Shown here piece by piece: positions 29,651 through 37,992 of a stretch of DNA of 64,000 bases. How positions within the stretch are numbered: position 1 is the first letter of the stretch; every line of letters begins with the position of its first letter. Origin of the DNA: Chloroflexota bacterium (GTDB lineage: Bacteria > Chloroflexota > Dehalococcoidia > SM23-28-2 > RBG-16-64-32); NCBI GenBank assembly GCA_029262695.1, contig JAJCYV010000027.1:811-64810 (forward strand), given 5' to 3'. The notes under the pieces are model-generated. The model was not told the origin of the DNA. It saw only the letters and a program-made list of their open reading frames with translations, and made no database searches. The position numbers and the translations under genes were made by a program.

Positions 29651-29714
29651 CGGCGGGCAAAAGAATGGAGCGGAAGACGGGATTCGGCCGACGGCCGCCC
29701 GTCCGGGCGAACCC
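29651..29714 (-). repeat. tRNA-Gly 3'-end duplicate with the same 23-nt T-loop insertion; att-like copy A
   Basis: 29666-29686 is identical to the tRNA 3' end, 29687-29709 is the insert, then AACCC resumes the T-arm; the flank CGGCGGGCA is also duplicated. Confidence 0.85.
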
Positions 29715-29748
29715 TGCGGCGACCGAGGGTGCGGCGGCGGGCATAAAA

Positions 29749-29823
<75 letters not shown>

Positions 29824-29925
29824 TCGTAACCTATTATACGCCCGGCTCATCGCCCCGCAAGCGTTGTTGACGCCCGCCGTCCGGCGCTTTAGCCTGCGGT
29901 CTAGCTACTCTATGGAGGTACCAGC

Positions 29926-30360
29926 ATGCCCCGTCTTAAGGCCGTAATCGACATCGACGCCCCGCGCGAGCACGTGTTTGCGGCGGCGGAACCGCTCAAG
30001 ATGCCCGAATGGACGGTTCACGTCTCCGAGGTGACTGTGACAGAGGGCGACGGCAAGACGGCCGGCACCAGGGACCGCACGATCATCAAAGTTACTCCTC
30101 GTGCGAACACGCTGGAGAGCGAATGGACGGAGTACAGCCCCGGCGAGGCCTGGGCGCGGACGTTCACCGGCTACCTCAAGGGCGACGAGCGCATCAGCCT
30201 GGCGGAAGCGGACGGCGGCACGCGCCTCGAATGGACGTACAACTACACGCCGCCGTTCGGTGTCCTCGGCAAGATTGGCGCCCTTCTCGTGATGTCCCGA
30301 GTGGTGCAGAACAACATGGAATCGTCGCTTGAGATGCTGAAGCACGAGCTCGAGATTTAG
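29926..30360 (+). CDS. SRPBCC (polyketide cyclase/START-like) family protein
   Basis: IDIDAPREHVF...PEW and GGTRLEW motifs; RBS GGAGG. Confidence 0.85.
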   Translation: MPRLKAVIDIDAPREHVFAAAEPLKMPEWTVHVSEVTVTEGDGKTAGTRDRTIIKVTPRANTLESEWTEYSPGEAWARTFTGYLKGDERISLAEADGGTRLEWTYNYTPPFGVLGKIGALLVMSRVVQNNMESSLEMLKHELEI

Positions 30361-30372
30361 CCGCGCTCGGAG

Positions 30373-30489
30373 ATCGTAGCCGCAGGCCTTCAGGCCTGCC
30401 TTCCATCCATTCGCCAGCTGTGAGACTCTTCCGTTGGAACGGGTTCGAGCCCTCATTGAAGGCAGAGCTGGAAGCTCTGCGGCTACGAT
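30373..30489. repeat. REPIN: two inverted GTAG-type REP units
   Basis: GTAG-CC-GCAGGCC-TTCA-GGCCTGC and, inverted, GTAG-CC-GCAGAGC-TTCCA-GCTCTGC; lies between convergent genes. Confidence 0.75.
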
Positions 30490-30500
30490 GTTGGCGAACT

Positions 30501-31661
30501 CTAGGCGCGCGGTAGGCCCAGCGCCCTGATCGCGATCAGGTCGCGCTGCACCTCTGAGGTGCCGGCGCCGATGGTGTCCTGAACCGCCGAGAGGAAGTTG
30601 TGCGACGTTGCGCCCTCGTAGGGGGCGCGCGGGTCGTTCTCCGTCAGCGGGCCGTAGAGTCCCAGCAGGTTGAGGCTCGTTTCGTAGAGGTGCTGAGCGA
30701 ACTCCGTGTTGAAGAGCTTGACCATCGCCGCCTGGCCGCGGTAGTCGCGCTCCTCCGTGTGCATCTGGACGGCGCGCTCCAGCAGCAGCTCCGCGATCTC
30801 GTACTCGATGCGCAGGCCACCGATCTGCTGGCGGACGCGGCGCGACCAGCCTTCGCCGCCGTTCGCCTTCGCCCGCCGCACGGCGCCGACGAGCGTGCGC
30901 CAGTGTACGTACGCCCGGTAGATCGTGATGCGCTCGACGCCGAGGGCCGATGCCAGCAAGCGCCAGCCTTCGCCATCGCCGCCGATGCGCTCGCTGACCG
31001 GCACGCGGACGTCCTCGAACACGACCTCGTTGAACCAGTGCTTGTCCAGCAGGTTGACGATCGGGCGGATTTCGATGCCGGGCTGTTTCATGGGGACGAC
31101 GAACATCGAGATGCCGCCGTGGCGAGAGCTTTCGGAGTCGGTGCGGGCGGCGAGCCAGCAGTAGTCGCTGGACTCTGCGCCGCTGGTCCAGATCTTGCGG
31201 CCGTTGATCACGTAGTCGTCGCCGTCGCGGACGGCCTTCGTCTCGAGCGATGCCAGGTCGGACCCCGATTCGGGCTCCGAGTAGCCGAGGCAGAACGTGG
31301 CTTCACCGCGCGCCATCTCCGGCAGGTAGCGCTGCTTCTGGTCCTCGTTCGCGGCGTGCATGAGCAACGGCGCGACGATGACGCGGGCCATCGCGTCGCT
31401 GGCCGGGCCGCCGTGCAGGGCAACTTCCTTTTCGACGAGGAACTGCTCCTTGATCGGCCGGCCGCCGCCGCCGTACTCCACGGGCCAGGAGAGCGCCAAC
31501 CAGCCCTTCGCGCCGAGCTTGCGCTCGAAGTCGCGTGCGGGCATGTAGCCGGGCGGCATCGGCCGCGGATCGGAGTCGTGGTCAGTGCCCAGCTCGGTGG
31601 TCAGCCACTCGTGCGCTTCCTGGCGCAGTGCTTCTTCGTGCGGGGCGAGTCTAAACTCCAT
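30501..31661 (-). CDS. Acyl-CoA dehydrogenase (FadE26/29-like)
   Basis: CLGYSEPESGSDLASL, NGRKIWTS, FNEVVFEDVRVP and TIGAGTSEVQR; true start ATG 31661. Confidence 0.92.
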   Translation of the reverse strand: MEFRLAPHEEALRQEAHEWLTTELGTDHDSDPRPMPPGYMPARDFERKLGAKGWLALSWPVEYGGGGRPIKEQFLVEKEVALHGGPASDAMARVIVAPLLMHAANEDQKQRYLPEMARGEATFCLGYSEPESGSDLASLETKAVRDGDDYVINGRKIWTSGAESSDYCWLAARTDSESSRHGGISMFVVPMKQPGIEIRPIVNLLDKHWFNEVVFEDVRVPVSERIGGDGEGWRLLASALGVERITIYRAYVHWRTLVGAVRRAKANGGEGWSRRVRQQIGGLRIEYEIAELLLERAVQMHTEERDYRGQAAMVKLFNTEFAQHLYETSLNLLGLYGPLTENDPRAPYEGATSHNFLSAVQDTIGAGTSEVQRDLIAIRALGLPRA

Positions 31662-31769
31662 AGCGACCCCGATTATACCCGTCGTCTCCCGGCATATGGG
31701 ATAATGGTGCACAGGCGAGGAATCGCCCAGGGAGGGGTCCGGCCCACGAGAGTAGACGAAGGCGAGTAG

Positions 31770-33152
31770 TTGGAAGAGATCGACCTCCTGGCCATCGGCG
31801 GCGGCACCGGCGGCTATACGGCCGCGATCAGGGCCGCGCAGCTCGGCCTCTCGGCCGCCATCGTCGAAGCGGACAAGGTCGGCGGCACATGCCTCCACCG
31901 CGGCTGCATCCCCACCAAGACGTGGCTCCACAGCGCCGAAGTCCTCACCCAGACCCGCAACGCCGCGACGTTCGGCGTCCAGACTTCCGAGCCGTCGCTC
32001 GACTATCCGGCGATGCGCGCCCGCCAGCAGGCCGTCGTCGACACGCTGCACAAGAGCATTCGCTCGGTCATAGGCAAGCACAAGATCGAGATCATCGAGG
32101 GCCGCGGCACGGTCGTGTCGCCCGGCGAGGTCGCTGTCGGCGACCGGCGGATCAAGGCGAAGCACATCGTCGTCGCCACGGGCTCGCGCCCGAAAGGCCT
32201 GCCCGGACTTGAGCCGGACGGCGACCGTATCGTGACCAGTGACGAACTCCTGGAGTGCGAAGAGGCGCCGAAGTCGATCGCGATCATCGGCGGCGGCGCG
32301 ATCGGCTGCGAGTTCGCGTCGTTCTTCGCCGATATCGGCAGCGAGGTAACGTTGATCGAAGCGCTGCCGACGCTGGTGCCGCTCGAAGACACCGACGCTG
32401 GTAAGGCCGTGGCGAAGGCGTTCGCGGCGCGCGGCGTCAACGTAATGACGTCGGCGAAGGTGCTGACGGACCGGACTCGCTCGTACGACGGCACTGTCGA
32501 AGTGACGGTGGAGCACGACGGCGCCGAGAAGCAGGTGCGGGCCGAGACGTTGCTGCTCGCCGTCGGCCGCGAGGCGGTGACCGACGGCCTGGGCCTCGAG
32601 AACACGAAGGTCGAGATAGAGAGCGGCTGGGTCAAGGTCGACGAGACGTACGGCACCGCCGAGCCCGGCGTATACGCCGTTGGCGACGCGATCGGCGGGC
32701 TGCTGCTGGCGCACGTCGCCGGCGCCGAGGGGTTTATCGCCGCCGAGGCGGCCGCGGGCAAGGATGCCGGGAGGCTGGACTACGACCGGGTCCCCCGCGT
32801 GACGTACAGCAACCCGCAGGTGGCCGCCGTCGGTCTGACGCTCGAAGAGGCGAAGGAGCGCGGCCTGAACGCGAAGTCGCAGCGCTTCTCGCTCAAGAAC
32901 AACGCGATGGCGCTGATCCAGGACGAGACGGACGGGTTCGCGAAGGTTGTTTTCGACCAAGAAGGTGGCGACCTGCTGGGCGTGCACCTCGTGGGCGCGC
33001 ACGTCGCCGATATCGTCTCGGAGGCGGCGCTGGGCCGCTTCTTGCAGGCCTCGGCCTGGGAGATTGGCACGAACATCCACCCGCACCCGTCGCTGAGCGA
33101 GGCGCTGGGCGAGGCGGCCCAGCTATCGGCGGGGATCAGCATCTACTGGTGA
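31770..33152 (+). CDS. lpdA: Dihydrolipoyl dehydrogenase (E3)
   Basis: GGGTGG, GGTCLHRGCIPTK redox disulfide and HPHPSLSE. Confidence 0.95.
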   Translation: MEEIDLLAIGGGTGGYTAAIRAAQLGLSAAIVEADKVGGTCLHRGCIPTKTWLHSAEVLTQTRNAATFGVQTSEPSLDYPAMRARQQAVVDTLHKSIRSVIGKHKIEIIEGRGTVVSPGEVAVGDRRIKAKHIVVATGSRPKGLPGLEPDGDRIVTSDELLECEEAPKSIAIIGGGAIGCEFASFFADIGSEVTLIEALPTLVPLEDTDAGKAVAKAFAARGVNVMTSAKVLTDRTRSYDGTVEVTVEHDGAEKQVRAETLLLAVGREAVTDGLGLENTKVEIESGWVKVDETYGTAEPGVYAVGDAIGGLLLAHVAGAEGFIAAEAAAGKDAGRLDYDRVPRVTYSNPQVAAVGLTLEEAKERGLNAKSQRFSLKNNAMALIQDETDGFAKVVFDQEGGDLLGVHLVGAHVADIVSEAALGRFLQASAWEIGTNIHPHPSLSEALGEAAQLSAGISIYW

Positions 33153-33168
33153 GGAGGAGGCGAGAGAT

Positions 33169-34173
33169 ATGGTCTCCGTGAGCGACGTACCGGGAGCGCA
33201 GGGGTTGAGCAGGGACCAGCTCCGCGAGGTTTACTTCAAGATGTTCCTCGCGCGGTCCGTCGGAGAGCGTGAGCGGATGCTGAACCGCATGGGCAAGGGC
33301 CCGTTCGCGGTCACCGGTGAGGGCCACGAGGCGGCGCAGGTCGGGACGGCCTACGCGATGACGCCGGGCAAGGACTGGGCGCTCACGTACTACCGTGACA
33401 TCGGCGTGGCGCTGACGTTGGGCATGACGCCGCGCGACCTGTTGCTGGCGCATCTGGCGCGCGCCGAGTCGATCGAGAGCGGCGGGCGCAACATGCCGTC
33501 GCACTTCAGCAGCGTCGACCTGCGCATCGTCTCGGGCTCAGCGCCGGTTGCGACGCAGGTGCCTCACGCCGTCGGGATCGCTCTGGCGAGCAAGCTGCGC
33601 GGCCTGGACGAGGTGGCGGTGACGTACTTCGGTGACGGCGGCGCGAGCGTCGGCGACGTGCACGAGGCGATGAACTTCGCCGGGGTCCACAGCCTGCCGG
33701 TGATCTTCGTCTGCGAGAACAACCAGTACGCGATCTCCGTGCCGGCGAGCAAGCAGGCGGCCGTCACTGACCTTTCGGTACGCGCTCAAGGCTACGGCTT
33801 CCCGGGCGTGACGGTGGACGGGAACGACGTGCTTGCGGTCTACAGCGCCGCGAGAGAGGCGGTCGAACGGGCACGAAACGGCGACGGGCCAACGTTCATC
33901 GAGGCGAAGACGTACCGTCTCGTGCCGCATACCAGCGACGACGACGACAGCCGGTACCGCAGCCGCGAGGAGGTGGAGGAGTGGCGAAAGAAGGGGCCGC
34001 TCGTCCGTTTTGGGGCCTGGCTGGAGGAGAACGGCGTAGCCACGAAGGACGAGATCGGCGAGATCGAAGCGAAGGCGATGGCCGAGATCGACGCGGCGAC
34101 GGAGTACGCGGAAGCGGCACCGACGCCCGACCCGGCATCGGCGATGCGGCACGTGTTCGTGGAGGAGGAGTAG
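33169..34173 (+). CDS. 2-oxoacid dehydrogenase E1 alpha, likely branched-chain
   Basis: GHEAAQVG, YYRD, TPP motif GDG...NN and PHTSDDD; Bacillus bkd-like gene order. Confidence 0.9.
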   Translation: MVSVSDVPGAQGLSRDQLREVYFKMFLARSVGERERMLNRMGKGPFAVTGEGHEAAQVGTAYAMTPGKDWALTYYRDIGVALTLGMTPRDLLLAHLARAESIESGGRNMPSHFSSVDLRIVSGSAPVATQVPHAVGIALASKLRGLDEVAVTYFGDGGASVGDVHEAMNFAGVHSLPVIFVCENNQYAISVPASKQAAVTDLSVRAQGYGFPGVTVDGNDVLAVYSAAREAVERARNGDGPTFIEAKTYRLVPHTSDDDDSRYRSREEVEEWRKKGPLVRFGAWLEENGVATKDEIGEIEAKAMAEIDAATEYAEAAPTPDPASAMRHVFVEEE

Positions 34174-34175
34174 CG

Positions 34176-35159
34176 GTGGCTGAGAAGACGATGGTCGAGG
34201 CGGTCCGCGACGCGCTGCACGACGAGATGAAGCGCGACGAGCGGGTCTTTGTGCTTGGCGAGGACGTCGGCAGGGGCGGCGTCTTCCGCGCTACGGAAGG
34301 CCTTCGCGACGAGTTCGGCGAGGATCGCTGCATGGATACGCCGCTGGCTGAGGCGACGATTGTCGGCGCTTCGATCGGGGCTTCGCTCAACGGGCTTCTG
34401 CCGGTCGCCGAAATCCAGTTCGCGGACTTCATACACCCGGCGTTCGATCAGATCGTGAGCGAGGCGGCGCGGCTGCACTATCGCTCGAACGGCGCCTGGA
34501 GCTGCCCGATCACTGTGCGCACTCCGTACGGCGCCGGCGTCCACGGCGGGCCCTACCACTCGCAATCGATCGAGGCGTTTTACGCGCACGTGCCGGGGCT
34601 GAAGGTGATCTGTGTCGCCAGCCCGTACGACGCGAAGGGCCTGCTCAAATCGGCGATCCGCGATCCGAACCCCGTGATGTTTCTCGAACACAAGAAGGCG
34701 TACCGGTCCTTCCGTGAGGAGGTGCCGGACGAGGACTACACGATCCCGATCGGCGTCGCCGAGAGGAAGCGCGAGGGGAGCGACATGACGCTTGTGACGT
34801 ACGGCCTGATGACGCGTTACTCGCTCGAAGCGGCGGCTGCGGTGCAGGGTGACGGCGGCATCTCGGTCGAGGTGATCGACCTGCGAACGGTATCGCCGTG
34901 GGACAAGGAGTGCGTGCTGGAGTCTGTGCGCAAGACGGGCAAGGCGTTGATCGTCTACGAGGACAACCTCACCGGCGGCTTCGGTGCCGAGGTGGCGGCG
35001 ACGATCGCCGAGGACGCGTTCGATTTCCTCGACGGGCCGGTGACGCGCATTGCATCGCCGGACGTGCCGCTCGCTCCGTACTCCGGGGTCCTGGAAGAGT
35101 TCATCCTGCCGAACCCGGAGAAGATCGCCGAGGGTATTCGCAAGCTGGCGGCGTACTAG
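34176..35159 (+). CDS. 2-oxoacid dehydrogenase E1 beta
   Basis: GEDVG, DTPLAE, EIQFADF and YHSQS; GTG at 34176. Confidence 0.92.
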   Translation: MAEKTMVEAVRDALHDEMKRDERVFVLGEDVGRGGVFRATEGLRDEFGEDRCMDTPLAEATIVGASIGASLNGLLPVAEIQFADFIHPAFDQIVSEAARLHYRSNGAWSCPITVRTPYGAGVHGGPYHSQSIEAFYAHVPGLKVICVASPYDAKGLLKSAIRDPNPVMFLEHKKAYRSFREEVPDEDYTIPIGVAERKREGSDMTLVTYGLMTRYSLEAAAAVQGDGGISVEVIDLRTVSPWDKECVLESVRKTGKALIVYEDNLTGGFGAEVAATIAEDAFDFLDGPVTRIASPDVPLAPYSGVLEEFILPNPEKIAEGIRKLAAY

Positions 35160-35162
35160 GGC

Positions 35163-36356
35163 ATGACCTACACGCTGACACTGCCGGAAGTTGGCGAGAC
35201 GGTGACTGAGGGCACGATCGAGAAGTGGCTCAAGGCGCCCGGAGAGAAGGTGGCGAAATATGAGCCGATCGTCGAGGTCAACACGGACAAGGTGAACGTA
35301 GAGTTGCCGTCGCCGGTCTCCGGAACGGTGGTTGAGATCCTTGTGGCGGAGGGCGAGACGGTGCCGATCGGCGCTGAGTTGTGCACGATCGACCAGGTGG
35401 CGGGCGAAACGCCGGCCGAGATCGCGCCGGCAGCGCCGTCCGAAGCGCCTGAGCCGAAGGAGCCAGTCGCCGCGTCGACGCGAGAGCGCACTGACCGGAG
35501 CGGACCGAACCGGGCGACGCCGCGCGTGCGCAGGGTCGCCGAGGAGCTGGGCGTCGACCTGGCGCGCGTCGAGGGCTCGGGCCCGGGCGGCCGCATCCTC
35601 GAAGATGACGTGCGGGCGTTTGCGGCGGGCGCACCGGCTACCGCCCAGGCCGGCGCGGACGAAGAGGCGGTCCCGGTCTCCGGCATCCGGAGGACGATCG
35701 CCAGGCGCATGTCGGAATCTGCGTTCACGGCGCCGCACGCGTGGCTGGTAGTCGAGGCGGACGTCACCGAACTCGTGAAGCTGCGCCTGGCCGAGCGGGA
35801 GGCGTTCCGTGAGCGGACCGGTGTGGACCTGACGTACCTGCCGTTTACGGCACACGCAGTGTCGCAGGCGCTGCGAGATCACTCTTATCTCAACGCCTCC
35901 TGGGCGGGGGACCAGATCCTGCTCAAGAGGCGCGTGAACCTGGGGGTGGCGGTGGCGACTGACCGCGGGCTCCTCGTCCCGGTGGTCAAGGACGCCGACC
36001 GGCTGAGCGTGGCCGGTCTGGCGCTGGCGATGTCGGAACTGGGCGAGAAAGCCCGCGACAACAAGCTGCAGCTCGACGACGTGCAGGGCGGGACGTTCAC
36101 CGTGGACAACACTGGCGCCTTCGGCTCGATCGTTTCGATGCCGATCATCAACCTGGGTCAGGCGGCGATCATCAGCCTGGAGGCGATCACGAAGCAGCCC
36201 GCCGTCGTGGAGGACGACGCGATCGCGGTGCGCGACGTCGTGAACCTCTGCCTGTCGTTCGACCACCGCATCCTCGACGGCCACCAGGCGGGCGCGTTCC
36301 TGACCGACGTGAAGTCGCGCCTGGAGGCGTTCGCGCCGGGCTCGGATATCGACTGA
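35163..36356 (+). CDS. Dihydrolipoamide acyltransferase (E2)
   Basis: Lipoyl domain TDKV, E3-binding GSGPGGRI and catalytic FDHRILDG. Confidence 0.93.
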   Translation: MTYTLTLPEVGETVTEGTIEKWLKAPGEKVAKYEPIVEVNTDKVNVELPSPVSGTVVEILVAEGETVPIGAELCTIDQVAGETPAEIAPAAPSEAPEPKEPVAASTRERTDRSGPNRATPRVRRVAEELGVDLARVEGSGPGGRILEDDVRAFAAGAPATAQAGADEEAVPVSGIRRTIARRMSESAFTAPHAWLVVEADVTELVKLRLAEREAFRERTGVDLTYLPFTAHAVSQALRDHSYLNASWAGDQILLKRRVNLGVAVATDRGLLVPVVKDADRLSVAGLALAMSELGEKARDNKLQLDDVQGGTFTVDNTGAFGSIVSMPIINLGQAAIISLEAITKQPAVVEDDAIAVRDVVNLCLSFDHRILDGHQAGAFLTDVKSRLEAFAPGSDID

Positions 36357-37036
36357 TGGTAGTCGAGGCGGCCTGCGACTCCAGGTGGATGGGACGTGTG
36401 GGGTACCTCGAAGCGTGGGAGTACCAGCGAGAGCTGGCCCGGCGACGGGCGCGGGGTGAGATTCCCGATACGCTTCTGCTGCTTGAGCACCCGCCCGTGT
36501 TCACGACCGGGCGCCGCGGGCCGGGAGCGAACCTGCGGCTGCCGGAGGGGTCTCTCGGTGCGCCGCTGATAGAGACGGACCGCGGAGGCGACATAACGTT
36601 TCACGGCCCCGGCCAACTCATCGCTTACCCGATCGTCGACCTGCGCGCGGCCGGACTGTCGGTCGTGACCTACGTGCGTGCGCTTGAGGAGGCGGTCGTC
36701 CGGGCCGTGCGGACGTACGGAATCGAGGCGCACACTGAGTGCGGGCTGACCGGCGTCTGGGTGGGCGACATGGGCTCGTTGGCCGAGAAGATCGCGGCGA
36801 TCGGGGTGAGGGTTGGAAAGCCGGCCGGGCCTTCGGGTGGATGGGTGACGACGCATGGCCTGGCGATCAACGTGACGGTGGACCTGGAGTGGTTCGGGCG
36901 CATCGTGCCGTGCGGGATTGGCGATCGCGGCGTGGCGTCGATCGAATCGCTGACCGGCCAGAGGCCGCGCCTGGAGGACGTTGCTGACGCGCTCAGGGAT
37001 GCGCTGGGGGACGTCCTGGGCGAGAGGTTCGGGTAA
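36356..37036 (+). CDS. lipB: Octanoyltransferase
   Basis: LLEHPPVFTTG, RGGDITFHGPGQL, KIAAIG, HGLAIN and IVPCG. Confidence 0.93.
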   Translation: MVVEAACDSRWMGRVGYLEAWEYQRELARRRARGEIPDTLLLLEHPPVFTTGRRGPGANLRLPEGSLGAPLIETDRGGDITFHGPGQLIAYPIVDLRAAGLSVVTYVRALEEAVVRAVRTYGIEAHTECGLTGVWVGDMGSLAEKIAAIGVRVGKPAGPSGGWVTTHGLAINVTVDLEWFGRIVPCGIGDRGVASIESLTGQRPRLEDVADALRDALGDVLGERFG

Positions 37037-37115
37037 GCGGATCACCGGCGCTGCCCTGGTACGCTATACTCACGCCCTGACGGGCTGTAGGCTGGGGCGG
37101 AACCTTCAGGGGGGT

Positions 37116-37131
37116 TGTGACGTCTATCACA
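37116..37131. promoter_or_regulatory. CRP/FNR-family box upstream of the ABC exporter
   Basis: Perfect TGTGA-CGTCTA-TCACA in an intergenic region. Confidence 0.65.
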
Positions 37132-37215
37132 TGACTTTTTAGTGCATGCGCATGATGATTGGGCCTGGAATCCGAACGTAATCGGCGCGCCACGCAGCCG
37201 GGAGGAGTTTGACTC

Positions 37216-37977
37216 GTGACGACGGAATTGAGAGAGGGGGCCGATGTGAAGGAGTCCGCTGGGGCTCGTGCCGAGTCGATCATCAATGCGATCGATGTGG
37301 TCAAGACGTACGACACAGGGCGTGTGAAGGTGAACGCACTGCGCGGCATCAACCTTCAGATCGATCCGGGAGAGATGGTCGCGATCATGGGCCCCTCCGG
37401 CTGTGGCAAGACGACGCTCCTCAACTGTCTTTCGGGGCTCGATGTGATCGACAGCGGGCAGGTGATCGTCGAGAGCGTGGACCTCAGTACGATGTCCGAC
37501 AACGCGAAGACGGAGCACCGGGCGGAGCGGATGGGCTTTATCTTCCAGTTCTATAACCTGTTGCCTGTGCTCTCGGCCGTCGAAAACGTGGAGCTGCCAC
37601 TGCTCGTCTCCGGCACGTCGGCCAAGGAGGCGCGGCGCAAGGCGATAGACGCGCTAGAGGTCGTCAAGCTCGCCGACTGGGCGACTCACAAGCCGGCTGA
37701 GCTTTCCGGCGGCCAGCGACAGCGCGTGACGATCGCGAGGGCGCTGGTCAACGATCCGGCGATCGTCTGGGGCGACGAACCGACTGGCGATCTGGACAGC
37801 ACCAATGCCAGCGAGATTATCGACCTGATGATCCGTCTCAACCAGGAGCACGGCCAGACGTTCGTGTTGGTGACGCACGCCGATGAGGTCGCGAAACGGA
37901 CGCAGCGGATCATCCGCATGCAGGACGGACAGATAACCAGCGACGAGCCGACTGCCAGCACGCAGGCTGCGTCCTAG
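37216..37977 (+). CDS. ABC ATP-binding protein (LolD/MacB type)
   Basis: [17 protein letters not shown] and DEPTGDLD. Confidence 0.92.
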   Translation: MTTELREGADVKESAGARAESIINAIDVVKTYDTGRVKVNALRGINLQIDPGEMVAIMGPSGCGKTTLLNCLSGLDVIDSGQVIVESVDLSTMSDNAKTEHRAERMGFIFQFYNLLPVLSAVENVELPLLVSGTSAKEARRKAIDALEVVKLADWATHKPAELSGGQRQRVTIARALVNDPAIVWGDEPTGDLDSTNASEIIDLMIRLNQEHGQTFVLVTHADEVAKRTQRIIRMQDGQITSDEPTASTQAAS

Positions 37978-37992
37978 CGGAGGAGCGGACCC

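Noticed and set aside
30501-33086. 861-aa ORF as a fusion protein (similarly 26398-28113, 8766-10406 and 13512-15077)
   Set aside because: The N-terminal extensions are antisense to real genes; true starts are 31661, 27123, 9675 and 14771
33840-36284. Long antisense ORFs (814 aa here; also 56438-59293, 59376-61271 and 15969-16913)
   Set aside because: Shadow frames opposite well-conserved genes, expected in high-GC DNA; no recognisable motifs
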